A DNA stretch of 64,000 nt from Candidatus Latescibacterota bacterium. GTDB lineage: Bacteria; Latescibacterota; UBA2968; UBA8231. A program made the translations under genes and the position numbers. The stretch covers positions 416,001 to 480,000 of the forward strand of contig CBDAOB010000003.1 in the NCBI GenBank assembly GCA_965197905.1, in the 5' to 3' direction. The notes under the pieces were generated by a model. That model had not been told where the DNA came from, made no database searches, and saw only the letters and a program-made list of their open reading frames with translations. Positions 12,877 through 23,017 of this stretch are shown here, in pieces (the stretch's first letter is position 1; every line of letters begins with the position of its first letter).

Positions 12877-13092
12877 CTTTCCTGGGTCAGAGTGCCATGC
12901 ATTTTGCTCCAGGAGACTGCCAACTTTTACGACCTATCGATAAGTTTCGCAAGACAAATCTTCAAGAACCGAGCGAACCTCAATGACCGCATAGGTACTT
13001 GATGCGAAGCCGCTGGATAACTCGGACTTTGACAAATTAGTCCGAGATCTTCCGGCATTTCGAAATCACGGAAGGAAGAAGGCGGAATTCTG

Positions 13093-13287
13093 CTAGATCA
13101 GGGCTTTTATCTCCACAAACCAGGAACGAACGTTGTGACCTGCGGTGGGAAACCAGATGAGGTCGACGCAAACCGAGACGATTATTCCACTTACATAGCC
13201 GATTGCCAGACCGTAGAAAAACGGCTTGCCCGCCAGGTAAGCGCCTTTGCCGCCGAAGCGCAACAGCAACACCTTCACCAATGGCAC
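13093..13287 (-). pseudogene. C-terminal fragment of a DUF6784-like multi-TM membrane protein
   Basis: KVLLLRFGG..AY..GKPFFYGLAIG...VDLIWFP; N-terminal part absent. Confidence 0.55.
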
Positions 13288-13523
13288 TAGCTGGTGGATG
13301 GCCTCATGGAAGCGGGATTCGATATGCCGAGCGTTTCCGGAGGTCCCCTTTCATACATCGTATCAGCTTGTTGGCAGCGGAATGAAGGCGGAGGTTTTTG
13401 AAAACGGGAACAAATGAGAAAATCTGTCTTTCAAATGGCCTCACGGTAGACCCGGCGCCGGAACATGCACGCTAGTTCGAAAATTTTCGAGAATCCTGAA
13501 TACTCTAATCCGCTGAAAACACT

Positions 13524-15701
13524 TTGACATTGTTCATCGCGAAACATTGGTTTGCCTTGATGAACAGCTCGTTGGTCTTCCCTATTACACGTGCCTGGAA
13601 CGAGGTGTCATCGTCGTGTTCCGCACGCACCACTCGACTTCGCCCGCTGGTGTGGACGGTACTCTGTTGTCTTTGTATGCCGGTGCAGGCTCCAGGTGTC
13701 GCTTCCTTCGCAGAGGCAGCTGAAAAGCGTTTCGTGACCGCTCTGCGGGTGGAGGAACCAATTTTGGTCGATGGAGACCTGGCAGAGTCGTCGTGGCGCC
13801 TCTCCGAACGCGCCCGAGACTTCTATCGCGTTGAGCGAACTCGAGGCGTACTGGCGGAATTGCGAACAGAAGCAATGGTCCTCTACGACGATACTCATCT
13901 CTACGTTGGATTCAAATGCTTTGAGCCGGACATAAACTCCCTACGCGAAACACTGACGCGGCGCGATTCCAGGATCTGGCACGACGACGCAGTTGAGGTC
14001 GTACTCGACACCTACGACGACGATCGAAACGGCTACATATTTGGCGTCAACTCACTGGGTACGCAGATGGACGAGCATGTTAGCAACGAGTCTGTGTTCA
14101 CCATGACCTGGGATGCCCATTGGCAAGCGCAAGTGATGAAATATGAGGATTCGTGGAGTGTCGAATTCGCCATTCCACTTGCTGAACTGCGATTCGGAGA
14201 GAACACAACGTGGGGTATTAATTTCTGGCGGGCCCATCCAATCGACCGAGAAGCGTACTCCTGGTCGGATACGGGCGGTGATTTCGGCCGCGTATCCGAA
14301 TTCGGTGAGCTACGCGGACTCCAATTCGTCACATCGAGACAGAGAAGGTTCGGAATCCTACCCTATGCTACCTATCGCGCACTTGAGCAGCTGCCAGACG
14401 ACCGCGACTATGGGGTAGATTTTTCACTGCAGCCGCTGACCAGTCTGACGTCGAACATCACCATAAATCCAGATTTTTCGCAGTTGGAGAGTGACCCGAC
14501 GCAGATTGATGTATCCAGTGACAGAGAGCTGTCGCTTCCCGAGCGGCGGCCTTTCTTTCGCGAAGGCGCCGAGCTCTTCCGGCTTCCCCTCAACCTTTTC
14601 TACAGCCGCCGTGTACAGGAGATTGATTTCGGCCTGAAAACAACGGGAAGGATAGGGTCATACAATCTTGCACTGCTCAATACCTACGGTCGCATCGTAG
14701 ACCGCTACGACGATGACCGCAAACGGCGGGCAAACCTATTCAATCTGCGAGCCAACCGCGATATCGGGGATCGCGCCGTCGTCGGTTTCATGGGTGTTCA
14801 AAAGCATCAAGCGGATCGCGATGTCAGCTTGCTCTCAATAAACAGCAGACTGGCGTTGCGGAGGGACTGGTCCGTCCAACTGCAGTCGGTGGTGAATCAT
14901 GTAGAGGGTGAAGAAAACTGGGCTTACCATGCCTCAACCAGATGGACGCACGAACAGGGATGGTTCGGCGATCTTGCAGTTTCCGAGATTCAAAACGGAT
15001 TCCGCCCCAACGAAACCGGCTTGGAGGACGAAGCGTATCGAAAAGTAAACGGTCAATTTGGCTACAGGCACGAGTACCCTGAAGGCAGCAGGCTAAAATC
15101 ATATCGAGTCAGATACAGCATCTTCTATCAGACCAACGAAGAACAGAAGCTACGCGAACGACTCTCGACTTTGTGGGGAGGCGTCAATGTTGGCCGTTTC
15201 GGCTTCATCGCGGTGGGCCGCACCGGAAAACAACGCGATGAAGGCATCTTATTTGACCGGGAGGTGCTCAACCTTCAAGCCACGTACAGTTCCACCTGGA
15301 ACAATGTCCTATTGTTCAGCAGGTTCGCCAAACGTCAAAACCGAAGCATTCGGCAATTCCTCGTGCTTGCGAATGCGACCCTGCTTGAAAAGGTGACACT
15401 CGACTTCCGGGGCGACAGAACTCATTGGCGCGATCACCGGAAAACCTGGCTCGTGAGAATCAAGGGGAACTACCAGTTTGCTAGAAAGGTAGGCAGCCGA
15501 CTTTATATCGAACGCGTCGACGAGCAGTTGGAAGAGGAGATAAATTACAATTTCAACTGGGTCTTTGACTACGAATTTACGCCGGAAAGTCACTTTTATC
15601 TCGTCTTCGTGCGCGACCAGGAAAATCGTCGAGCTATGTTTACCAAGTTAGCCTACCTCTTCGACTCTAACGCCCTACGTTGGAGGCGTCATGAACAATG
15701 A
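13524..15701 (+). CDS. CBM9-like plus DUF5916-like outer-membrane protein
   Basis: ILVDGDL.E..W, DDAVEVVLDT, WSVEFAIP, NITINPDFSQLESD, LPERRPFFREG, LFYSRR; true start uncertain. Confidence 0.8.
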   Translation: MTLFIAKHWFALMNSSLVFPITRAWNEVSSSCSARTTRLRPLVWTVLCCLCMPVQAPGVASFAEAAEKRFVTALRVEEPILVDGDLAESSWRLSERARDFYRVERTRGVLAELRTEAMVLYDDTHLYVGFKCFEPDINSLRETLTRRDSRIWHDDAVEVVLDTYDDDRNGYIFGVNSLGTQMDEHVSNESVFTMTWDAHWQAQVMKYEDSWSVEFAIPLAELRFGENTTWGINFWRAHPIDREAYSWSDTGGDFGRVSEFGELRGLQFVTSRQRRFGILPYATYRALEQLPDDRDYGVDFSLQPLTSLTSNITINPDFSQLESDPTQIDVSSDRELSLPERRPFFREGAELFRLPLNLFYSRRVQEIDFGLKTTGRIGSYNLALLNTYGRIVDRYDDDRKRRANLFNLRANRDIGDRAVVGFMGVQKHQADRDVSLLSINSRLALRRDWSVQLQSVVNHVEGEENWAYHASTRWTHEQGWFGDLAVSEIQNGFRPNETGLEDEAYRKVNGQFGYRHEYPEGSRLKSYRVRYSIFYQTNEEQKLRERLSTLWGGVNVGRFGFIAVGRTGKQRDEGILFDREVLNLQATYSSTWNNVLLFSRFAKRQNRSIRQFLVLANATLLEKVTLDFRGDRTHWRDHRKTWLVRIKGNYQFARKVGSRLYIERVDEQLEEEINYNFNWVFDYEFTPESHFYLVFVRDQENRRAMFTKLAYLFDSNALRWRRHEQ

Positions 15702-15772
15702 TCTGCATTTTCCGAGCTTCCTGTAGATCTGCGTCCACAGGAAGCTGCTGTCAGGTGGTAAAGCAACTGCTT

Positions 15773-16822
15773 TCATATGGTGTCATCATTCCCCAGCTCT
15801 CGACGCACTAGTCGTGTTCCCTCGACCAGGGCGACAAGCTTGGCATAGGCCACATCCCGGTCCAAATACTTCAGTCCGCAGTCGGGTGCCGGCAGCAGCC
15901 GCTCGGGTGAGGTGTGCTGGAGCGCCCCGCGTATGCGCTCGGCCACCACCTCAGGTGTCTCGATCTCGTTGGTCCCCAGGTCGATGACACCGTAGATGAA
16001 GGTCCTGTCGGGAAGGTCAGCGAGCAGGCTCGGATCGAGGCGTGGCTGGGCCCCCTCGATGGAGATCTGCTGCACGTCGGTGTCGCGCAAGGCGGAGAGC
16101 ATCGTATAGTGGGGCTTGCCGCCCTTGTCGTGCACGAAGTGGCCGTAACCGCAGCAGATGTGGATCGCCTTCGTGGCCTGGACGCCGTCGAGGGCCGCAT
16201 TGAAGGCGTCGATCCCGTACTCGAGCGCCTGCTCGGTCCGCGCTTCCATGTAGGGTTCGTCCAGCTGGATCACGTCGGCACCGGTCGCGGCCAGATCGTG
16301 CATCTCCTCGTTCACGGCACGCGCGAGATCCATCGCCAGCCGGCTAGGGTCCCCATAATGATCATCCTGCGCCTGTTGCGACATGGTGAAGGGACCGGGC
16401 AGCGTGATCTTGATCGGTCGATCGGTGTGGCGGCGCAGAAACTCGACGTCACCAACGGCAACCGGGCGGCGCCGGCCCACAGGACTAACAACCAGTGGCA
16501 CCGGAACCTCGCGTCCGGTCCGATCGATAGCCTTACCGGGTGGATCGATAGATACGCCGTCCAGCGTCGTAGCGAAGTAGTTGGAGTAACTCTCACGCCG
16601 CTGCTCGCCGTCGGTGATGATGTCGATGCCGGCCCGTTGCTGGTCATGAATGGCCAGGATCGTGGCATCATTTTGGGCTTCGGCCAGGAATTCCTCCGAA
16701 ATGCGCCACCAGTCCCAGTCACGCACGCGAGGCGGGAGATGATCGCGCAGATAGTCGCGCTTTACGAGCCACGCTGGCTGTGGGTAGCTCCCAACTACGG
16801 TGGTCAGCAATGCTCCTTCCAT
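15773..16822 (-). CDS. Cobalamin-independent methionine synthase catalytic-domain-only (core MetE-like) Zn methyltransferase
   Basis: TTVVGSYPQP, DIITDGEQRR, LPGPFT, IQLDEP, HICCG, PDCGL. Confidence 0.85.
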   Translation of the reverse strand: MEGALLTTVVGSYPQPAWLVKRDYLRDHLPPRVRDWDWWRISEEFLAEAQNDATILAIHDQQRAGIDIITDGEQRRESYSNYFATTLDGVSIDPPGKAIDRTGREVPVPLVVSPVGRRRPVAVGDVEFLRRHTDRPIKITLPGPFTMSQQAQDDHYGDPSRLAMDLARAVNEEMHDLAATGADVIQLDEPYMEARTEQALEYGIDAFNAALDGVQATKAIHICCGYGHFVHDKGGKPHYTMLSALRDTDVQQISIEGAQPRLDPSLLADLPDRTFIYGVIDLGTNEIETPEVVAERIRGALQHTSPERLLPAPDCGLKYLDRDVAYAKLVALVEGTRLVRRELGNDDTI

Positions 16823-17083
16823 CTGTACAGCCCTCCTGGTTTATAAGTATCCCTGTTGGTCGGCATTTACAACCTGACTGATTAGTGGCCTAATACTGCC
16901 TCTCAATGTTCCCTCAATACACGTATCCATGAGGGCGCAAAGCGACTAGTTAGAACATTGCGATAGACGTCTGCTGAGAGTAATTACATTGATCCCGAGC
17001 CATTCACTTCCGGGCTGTCATCGTCCCAGAGTTCCTGTCGCACATTGCGACGCAGCGCAACCTGTGCATCCGCGCCTCTCTTA

Positions 17084-17626
17084 TCAACGATTCAGGGATT
17101 TTTCGAGGAACGGTCGGTAATATTCGAGGTCCGGGACGTCCAAGTCAGGGAGTTTGCCAGCCTCGTCGTAGAGGCGGAGTTGGATGGCTCGTTTGAAGTA
17201 TGGGTTGGCTTCAAATTCGCGAACCTCCTCCTCGTTGAAGGGACCTCCCTGGACCTCGAGACTGATCATCGAGGCCGGTGAAACCGTTTTCAGATACTCT
17301 TCGTCCGTTGCCACGAGATACCGCTTGGCCGCGACATGTAGACGCATCGGTTCGATCACCTCAGTCCTGAAGTGATCGCGTAGCGCCTCGGCCCCCAGCT
17401 CTTCATGAATCGCATCAATACCCTTTTCGGCGATATCTTCGCCTAAGTCGTGTACGAAATGACCGTAATCATGTAAAAAGGCCGCGGCAATCATCAAATC
17501 GTCGGCCCCATCACGCTCGGCAAATACAGCCGTCTGTATGCTATGGGCCACAATGGTCACTCGCTCCCCATACTCCATATGGGTATTCCGCCGCATATTG
17601 GCAATAATCTCGTCAATGATAGACAT
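17084..17626 (-). CDS. tmpB: HD-domain diiron phosphonate C-P cleaving oxygenase (TmpB/PhnZ-like)
   Basis: YGERVT..AHSIQTA, AAFLHDYGH, HEELGA, LHVAAKRYL, SLEVQGGP, LRLYDEAGK; directly downstream of a BBOX-like gene. Confidence 0.75.
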   Translation of the reverse strand: MSIIDEIIANMRRNTHMEYGERVTIVAHSIQTAVFAERDGADDLMIAAAFLHDYGHFVHDLGEDIAEKGIDAIHEELGAEALRDHFRTEVIEPMRLHVAAKRYLVATDEEYLKTVSPASMISLEVQGGPFNEEEVREFEANPYFKRAIQLRLYDEAGKLPDLDVPDLEYYRPFLEKSLNR

Positions 17627-17636
17627 CCGTGTCTCC

Positions 17637-18749
17637 CTACTCTCTTTCCAACACCGCTAACTTGCTTAGTAAGCTATCAATATCGGCATAGCAACCCTGT
17701 AAGTGGCGGTCACCTGTACTCTGATAGCTAATACGCCCATGCAGGATTCGCTGATTGTCGCAAAGCACCGCATCGCCAGGACCCATTTTGAACGTGATCT
17801 TGAAGCGCTCTTCTTCCAACATGCGGGCGAACGCGTGATAAGCGGCATAAAACATCGGCATCGTCTCCGTTTCGACGTAAAACGTCTGTATTGAGCGATT
17901 GTTAAAAAGAATGCCAACAACCTCGCCGCGAGGATTGGTCTGGATAATTGTTGCCTCATGGCTTAGATCGGCGTCCTCACTACTAAAGCGGAACGTAACT
18001 AACGTTGAGGTCAACAGGTCAAACTGGTCCGGTGCCTCCTGACGAAACACTTCTGCTACGCGAAAGCCATCTGCCAGGGTACTGTCGCCTCCAGTAACGT
18101 AATTACTTAACACATGCAACATCTGCAGCGTCGGCACTGGATGCCGATAGGGGTTATCGGTATGGCCAACGAGCGTTGCACTTGTGAAGGCGAGATTGCT
18201 TGGGTTGGCCACCACCTTTAGGTCGAAGTAGGGACCATAATTTGTATTGCGCACGTAACCAAACAGGTCGATCACCTTGAGCAGTGACTCAGATTCAACG
18301 GGAATTTCAGCTATCAAGGCAAACCCGTAATTGCGTACCTGGGCCAGCATCTCTCGTAGATAGGTATCCTCCTTCGTTAGTCGTGGAAGTGTAAAGGAGG
18401 TAGGCAGCTTGGGAAACGTTGCCGCCTCCCACAACCGCTTGTGACGACGACGGGCCTCTATCTCAGCCCGTTCATAAGCATTGGACCGCAGCCACTCGGG
18501 CATGAACTCCGTTACGTGGCCATCGTTAGCCCACTCTATTTTGACTGTATCGCCTACAGTGACACTTCTAGCTCCTAGATCTAGCGGAATCGATAGAATA
18601 TCCACGAGTTTCTGCCCGTTGACATGCCGGTTCTCGGGCGCATTATCTCTGAGCCAGATATAATGGAAAACGCTGCGATGGCCGTCTCCCCATTCGATAA
18701 CAAGCTGATTCTGCTCCACTCTATGATTAACAATGACGCTATTAATCAC
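17637..18749 (-). CDS. tmpA: Gamma-butyrobetaine dioxygenase-like Fe/2OG enzyme (TmpA-like)
   Basis: WLRDN N-domain, VRNTNYG, NLAFT, HTDNPYR, DNQRILHGR, RHLQGCYAD; paired with the HD gene. Confidence 0.75.
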   Translation of the reverse strand: MINSVIVNHRVEQNQLVIEWGDGHRSVFHYIWLRDNAPENRHVNGQKLVDILSIPLDLGARSVTVGDTVKIEWANDGHVTEFMPEWLRSNAYERAEIEARRRHKRLWEAATFPKLPTSFTLPRLTKEDTYLREMLAQVRNYGFALIAEIPVESESLLKVIDLFGYVRNTNYGPYFDLKVVANPSNLAFTSATLVGHTDNPYRHPVPTLQMLHVLSNYVTGGDSTLADGFRVAEVFRQEAPDQFDLLTSTLVTFRFSSEDADLSHEATIIQTNPRGEVVGILFNNRSIQTFYVETETMPMFYAAYHAFARMLEEERFKITFKMGPGDAVLCDNQRILHGRISYQSTGDRHLQGCYADIDSLLSKLAVLERE

Positions 18750-18785
18750 CGCTAGCTCCTCAAAGATAAATTGGGCTACGCAAAA

Positions 18786-19365
18786 TCATTCAAGTATTTC
18801 CTCGTGCTCCTCGTTGCACCGCAGGTCCTCCTTCAAGGGCGGCGGCCATCTCGATCGCCCGGCGGGCCTGCAGTTCCTCCCAGATGGTCGTCCATCGGTC
18901 GTTCGGCGCGCGACGCAACTGTAGTGAGTTTCAGATGGGGGGGTGGACAGATCGAAGCGAACTCCATTGAAGTCCACCTTGTAGAGGGTCAACGGCGTAA
19001 AATGCGCAATCAGCCCGTCTCCCACGATGAGATGGTAACCCCAGTTACCGTAGCCGCCGCTGGTGGCCACCATGTAGTCGAAGGCGCTGTTCCAGGAGCC
19101 AGGCACGTGTTTGAATATGTCACTGCCGAACCGGCCCCGTCATAAGGAAGCTGCCGAAGGAGTCGTAGTGCGCCCTCGGTGTATCGATGTAGGGAGATTC
19201 ATGGTTGGGATAGTTTTCGTAACTCTGCCAGCCGAAGTTGTGGTAGGGGACGCGATTCCAACGCAGGAATGGCCGTGCCGACACCACTTCACCCAGAGGC
19301 AGATCGTCGCCGTGGACCGCGAAACCGCACAGGGCTAATAGGGGAAATAGACGCCAGCGCATCAT
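18786..19365 (-). pseudogene. Fragmented secreted protein of unknown function
   Basis: Signal-peptide ORF 19120..19365 followed by out-of-frame fragment 18786..19106. Confidence 0.45.
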
Positions 19366-19902
19366 CGCCCACAGTCCTTTCGGGAATGGAAGAGCTGTTG
19401 AAGCTGATGGACTTGGATATTGCTGTGGGTGCTCCTAAAACGGATGTATGCTGGTTGAACTGAGGCTATTCAGAACCGATGTCCTCTATGGTAATCTCTC
19501 CTTCATAACCATTTGCAACCAGTCTGTTTGCCAGTACTCCGTACCGCATCTTCGAACCTTCTCGACAGCGACAATGTAGTTTTCCCAAGTAGGAAAATCA
19601 ACCGCTCACGGCGCGCAACAAAGGATTCACCCGAAAAGACTCGGCATAATATTCCTCGGCGCGATCTTGTTGTGGACATAGTGGATCACCAACCCGCACC
19701 CGGCAAATCCGCTGCCGGAATCGCGCCAAGGAATCATTTGAATCCACCAGCGGCCGGCAGCAATCTAAGTTGCTGAGGCGTGGCCGGTAGAATATCCTCT
19801 GTGCCGCAGCAAAACTCCGGAAACTCTTGCGAGTTGGATGTCCATTTCATTACTGCAACTGCGGTCCCAAGCGATCCGACAGAGTTCGATGGAAGAATGT
19901 AG

Positions 19903-20763
19903 ATGAGCACCACAAGAAGGATTGTTCTGGCCCTAACCGCTTGGTCCCTCGCCGCGATAGGCCCCGCCACCGCAAAAGTTCCCTTAAAAGGGGACCCCGC
20001 GCCCGACTTTCGGCTGCGAGTCTTTGGAGGGGGGGAGCTGTCTCTCAGCGATCTCCGTGGCAAGGTGGTGCTGATCGACTTCTTTGGCTACGGGTGAGAT
20101 TTCTGTATCTCGGAGGCTCCGAGAATCGAAAAGATCTGGCAGGAATTCAAGAGTTCCGACTTCCAAACCATCGGAGTTGATGTCTGGGACGGCTCAACGA
20201 AACAGGTTCAGCGCACTTTTCTCGGGAGAACCTCCGTCACCTTTCCGCTATTGATGAAGGCAAGTTCCTTGAAGGGGTTGTACGGACTCCAACAAACAAG
20301 CTTCGTCGTCGTGGATCACGAGGGCATCGTCCGCTACAGCTCCGGCAGCATTGTCTTCCTCGACCGGGCGGATATCCTGGCCATCCGCTCTGCCATCGTC
20401 CAGGCCCTGGCAGACTTGGCAGCGGCCCGCGCCACGGACCAAGGTTCCATAACTGCCGTCTCGGCGGATGATCGGTTGCCGACTCAGTTCTCGCTAGAGG
20501 CGAACTTTCCGAATCCGTTCAATGCCAGCACCAACCTTCCGTTCTCGGTGCGGATTGAAGGACCTGTGTCACTGGAAATATTCGATGTTACCGGCCGCAC
20601 GGTGCGACGACTTTTGGAGCACCAATGGTTGGCCCCGGGAACATACGATCTGACTTGGGACGGAAGGAGCGAACGGGGTGACGATGTGGCTAGCGGTCTC
20701 TACATCTATCGTCTCGCCACTCCCGCAGCGTCGTTAGCCCGACCGATGATGCTGGTGCGATAA
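19903..20763 (+). CDS. Secreted TlpA/AhpC-TSA redoxin selenoprotein (UxxC) with C-terminal FlgD-Ig/T9SS-type domain (286 aa)
   Basis: ORFs 19903..20097 and 20251..20763 are in the same frame with only the TGA at 20095-20097 between them: APDFRL...SLSDLRGKVVLIDFFGYG-U-DFCISEAPRIEKIWQEF...TFPLL; C-terminus NFPNPFN...WDGR...ASGLYIYRL. Confidence 0.85.
20108..20124 (+). promoter_or_regulatory. Putative bacterial SECIS element
   Basis: TCTCGGA-GGC-TCCGAGA perfect 7-bp stem with a G-led loop 17 nt after the UGA; flanking GAT/ATC can extend it. Confidence 0.7.
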
Positions 20764-21120
20764 TCCCGCAGCGTCGAGCCCAATGAGCCTGAGCCCAGGG
20801 GCCGCGCCCAACTGCGGCTGAATGACCTTTGTGTGGTACTCAGCTCGGAACACCCTTTTCTCATAGGGTAGCTCCTTCAACCTCTGCGCTGTGAACCCTG
20901 TTCGTTTCAGGATCACACCTCCTCGTGGCGATTTCCTATTGAGCCTCGCACGATCGCGGACTTTCGCGAAGGGACTTTCACCCCATCAGAGACGCAGCCT
21001 TGTCGGCTGCTCCCCCCACTGATTACTTTCAGATGAGGCCCTGATGTTCGCCCGCCAATTGGGGGCCTTTGCCGGCGGGGGGGGCCGATGCGAATGACCC
21101 CAGTCTACAGGAACGAGAGC

Positions 21121-21999
21121 ATGGCAGTTCAAGTCACTGAAGTGCAAGTAAAAAGCGTGCTTACTCGGACCTCCGGGTTTCTCAGAACTGTTTCTTCCCA
21201 TTCTCTGCAGCCCTATCGCGGATGCACCTTCAGAAAGGCCCTTTGCGGCGTCGGCTGCTACGTGCAGCACAACGCAATTCTCACTCGACATCAACCCTGG
21301 GGCAGTTTTCTCGAGGTGCGTACAAACGCTGCGGAAGTCTATAGGAGACAGTTCTCTGGAGAGCGCAAATGGGCGCGAAATCGTCGGGGAGAGTTCTGTG
21401 TTTTTATGTCCAGTTCTACAGATCCGTTCCTGCCCCAGGAGGACAGATACAGGATAACCCTGCAGATCCTAGAGGCCATGGTGGAGTTCCCGCCGGACAC
21501 TCTGATCATTCAATCCCATACCCACCGTGTCACCAGGTACCTGGACGAATATTTGTCGTTGAACAGGCGCGCAGCCCTGCGTATTCACATCTCCATAGAA
21601 AGTGACCTGTCGCGGTTGCCGGGTTTGCCTCCGCCAGCAAGTTCGATAGACAGTCGATTGCAGGCGGCCGCCGAGTTGAAGAGCGCCGGGTTGCGTGTCG
21701 TAGTTACGGTGGCACCACTGCTGCCAATTCAAGATCCGGAGCGATTTTTTGAGCGCATTTCGCACGTGGCCGATGCCGTTGTTTTGGATCATTTCATAGA
21801 AGGTGATGGCAGTTCGAACGGAAGCCGGACCTCGAAAACGGCTTTGCCTGGCGCCATGTCGACCCTTGATCCCCACTCCACTTCTCTGGACTACCGAGAT
21901 CGAATGTTGGCCATCGCCCAGGGAATCATGCCTGGCAGGGTTGGACTGAGTGTGGATGGATTCGCTGGAAGATTTTTCGAAGATTGCGCCTGCCGATAA
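21121..21999 (+). CDS. Radical SAM protein, spore photoproduct lyase-like family
   Basis: LQPYRGCTFRKALCGVGCYV, FMSSSTDPFLPQE..YRIT..ILE, VTVAPLLP. Confidence 0.8.
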   Translation: MAVQVTEVQVKSVLTRTSGFLRTVSSHSLQPYRGCTFRKALCGVGCYVQHNAILTRHQPWGSFLEVRTNAAEVYRRQFSGERKWARNRRGEFCVFMSSSTDPFLPQEDRYRITLQILEAMVEFPPDTLIIQSHTHRVTRYLDEYLSLNRRAALRIHISIESDLSRLPGLPPPASSIDSRLQAAAELKSAGLRVVVTVAPLLPIQDPERFFERISHVADAVVLDHFIEGDGSSNGSRTSKTALPGAMSTLDPHSTSLDYRDRMLAIAQGIMPGRVGLSVDGFAGRFFEDCACR

Positions 22000-22046
22000 T
22001 CGGCTCACCTCTTTTGGGGACGTTATCCCGGACATATATCGAACAG

Positions 22047-22787
22047 CTATGTCCGCATGCTGGGCTGCGAGTCGAAACCCAGCAGCCGCTTCAAAGTCGG
22101 CGTCGCTCGTCTGACGACCTCCGGCTGCGCCAGTCTGAACTGGTCTTGCTGCGGCCTAATAAACGAGCGGCAGAAAAACCCCAGCAGGATCATCCGCTCC
22201 CGCTTGGTGCGATTGGCACCGCTGCCGTGCCAGGTCGCCCCGTGGAAAACGACTATATCGCCCTTGTGGGCGCTGAGCTGGATCGCGTCGTCGTACTCCT
22301 TCTCCGGCTCGGGGCTGCACCCGTGCCTGTAGCTGCCCGGCACCATCCAGGTTGCCCCATTCTCCGGTGTAAAGTCATCGAGCACGTAGATCGTATTTGA
22401 CGTAAAAGGCGCAGAGGGAATGTCGGGCAGTGGAGCATCACAATGCAACCGGCCGGCCGGCGACGCAGACCCGATGAGATTGACAGTAAAGCTACTCAAT
22501 ATGCAATTGTCCCCCAGCAAGTGTTGCTGCAACTCCAGCACCTGCGGATGCTGGATCATCTCCTCGTAGATCCGTCCCTTGTTGACCAGATTCCAGACCC
22601 GCTGCGACTTGCCGTCCAAATAGATCTCCCTACCCCTTCCTTCCTCTGCGCGCCCGGACGCCCTTTCTTCCGCGATCAGCTCGGCCGAGCGAGCTCGCAG
22701 CTCGTTGGCCTGGTCAGAGGTCAACGCCCCCTCGAGCACGACATAACCGTCCTCGTCGAGATGGGCGATTGCTTCATCTCTGTTCAT
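22047..22787 (-). CDS. PhyH-family dioxygenase
   Basis: DGYVVLEGAL, RVWNLVNKG, LHCD, DDFTPENGAT..VPGS, WHGSGAN. Confidence 0.85.
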   Translation of the reverse strand: MNRDEAIAHLDEDGYVVLEGALTSDQANELRARSAELIAEERASGRAEEGRGREIYLDGKSQRVWNLVNKGRIYEEMIQHPQVLELQQHLLGDNCILSSFTVNLIGSASPAGRLHCDAPLPDIPSAPFTSNTIYVLDDFTPENGATWMVPGSYRHGCSPEPEKEYDDAIQLSAHKGDIVVFHGATWHGSGANRTKRERMILLGFFCRSFIRPQQDQFRLAQPEVVRRATPTLKRLLGFDSQPSMRT

Positions 22788-23017
22788 GGAGACATTCTCC
22801 TTTCGTCCAACTCGATCAATCCGGCCGGACGACCATTGAGGCTCCTAACGGTCCTCCTTACAGCCCGAACAATCGAGCGACATTTCCCCCGCACATGAGC
22901 GTGTGAGTCGATAATCATTCGGCATCTAATCTGTGCTAAGAGAAGCGGATCGATTGGTCTCATCGAGACTCTCCAGCCTCTGAGCAGTGTGGCCGCGCAC
23001 CCGACTTGGTTAAATCG

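Noticed and set aside
19700..19880. Riboswitch upstream of the redoxin
   Set aside because: GC-rich pairings are present but I could not match the conserved core of any riboswitch class
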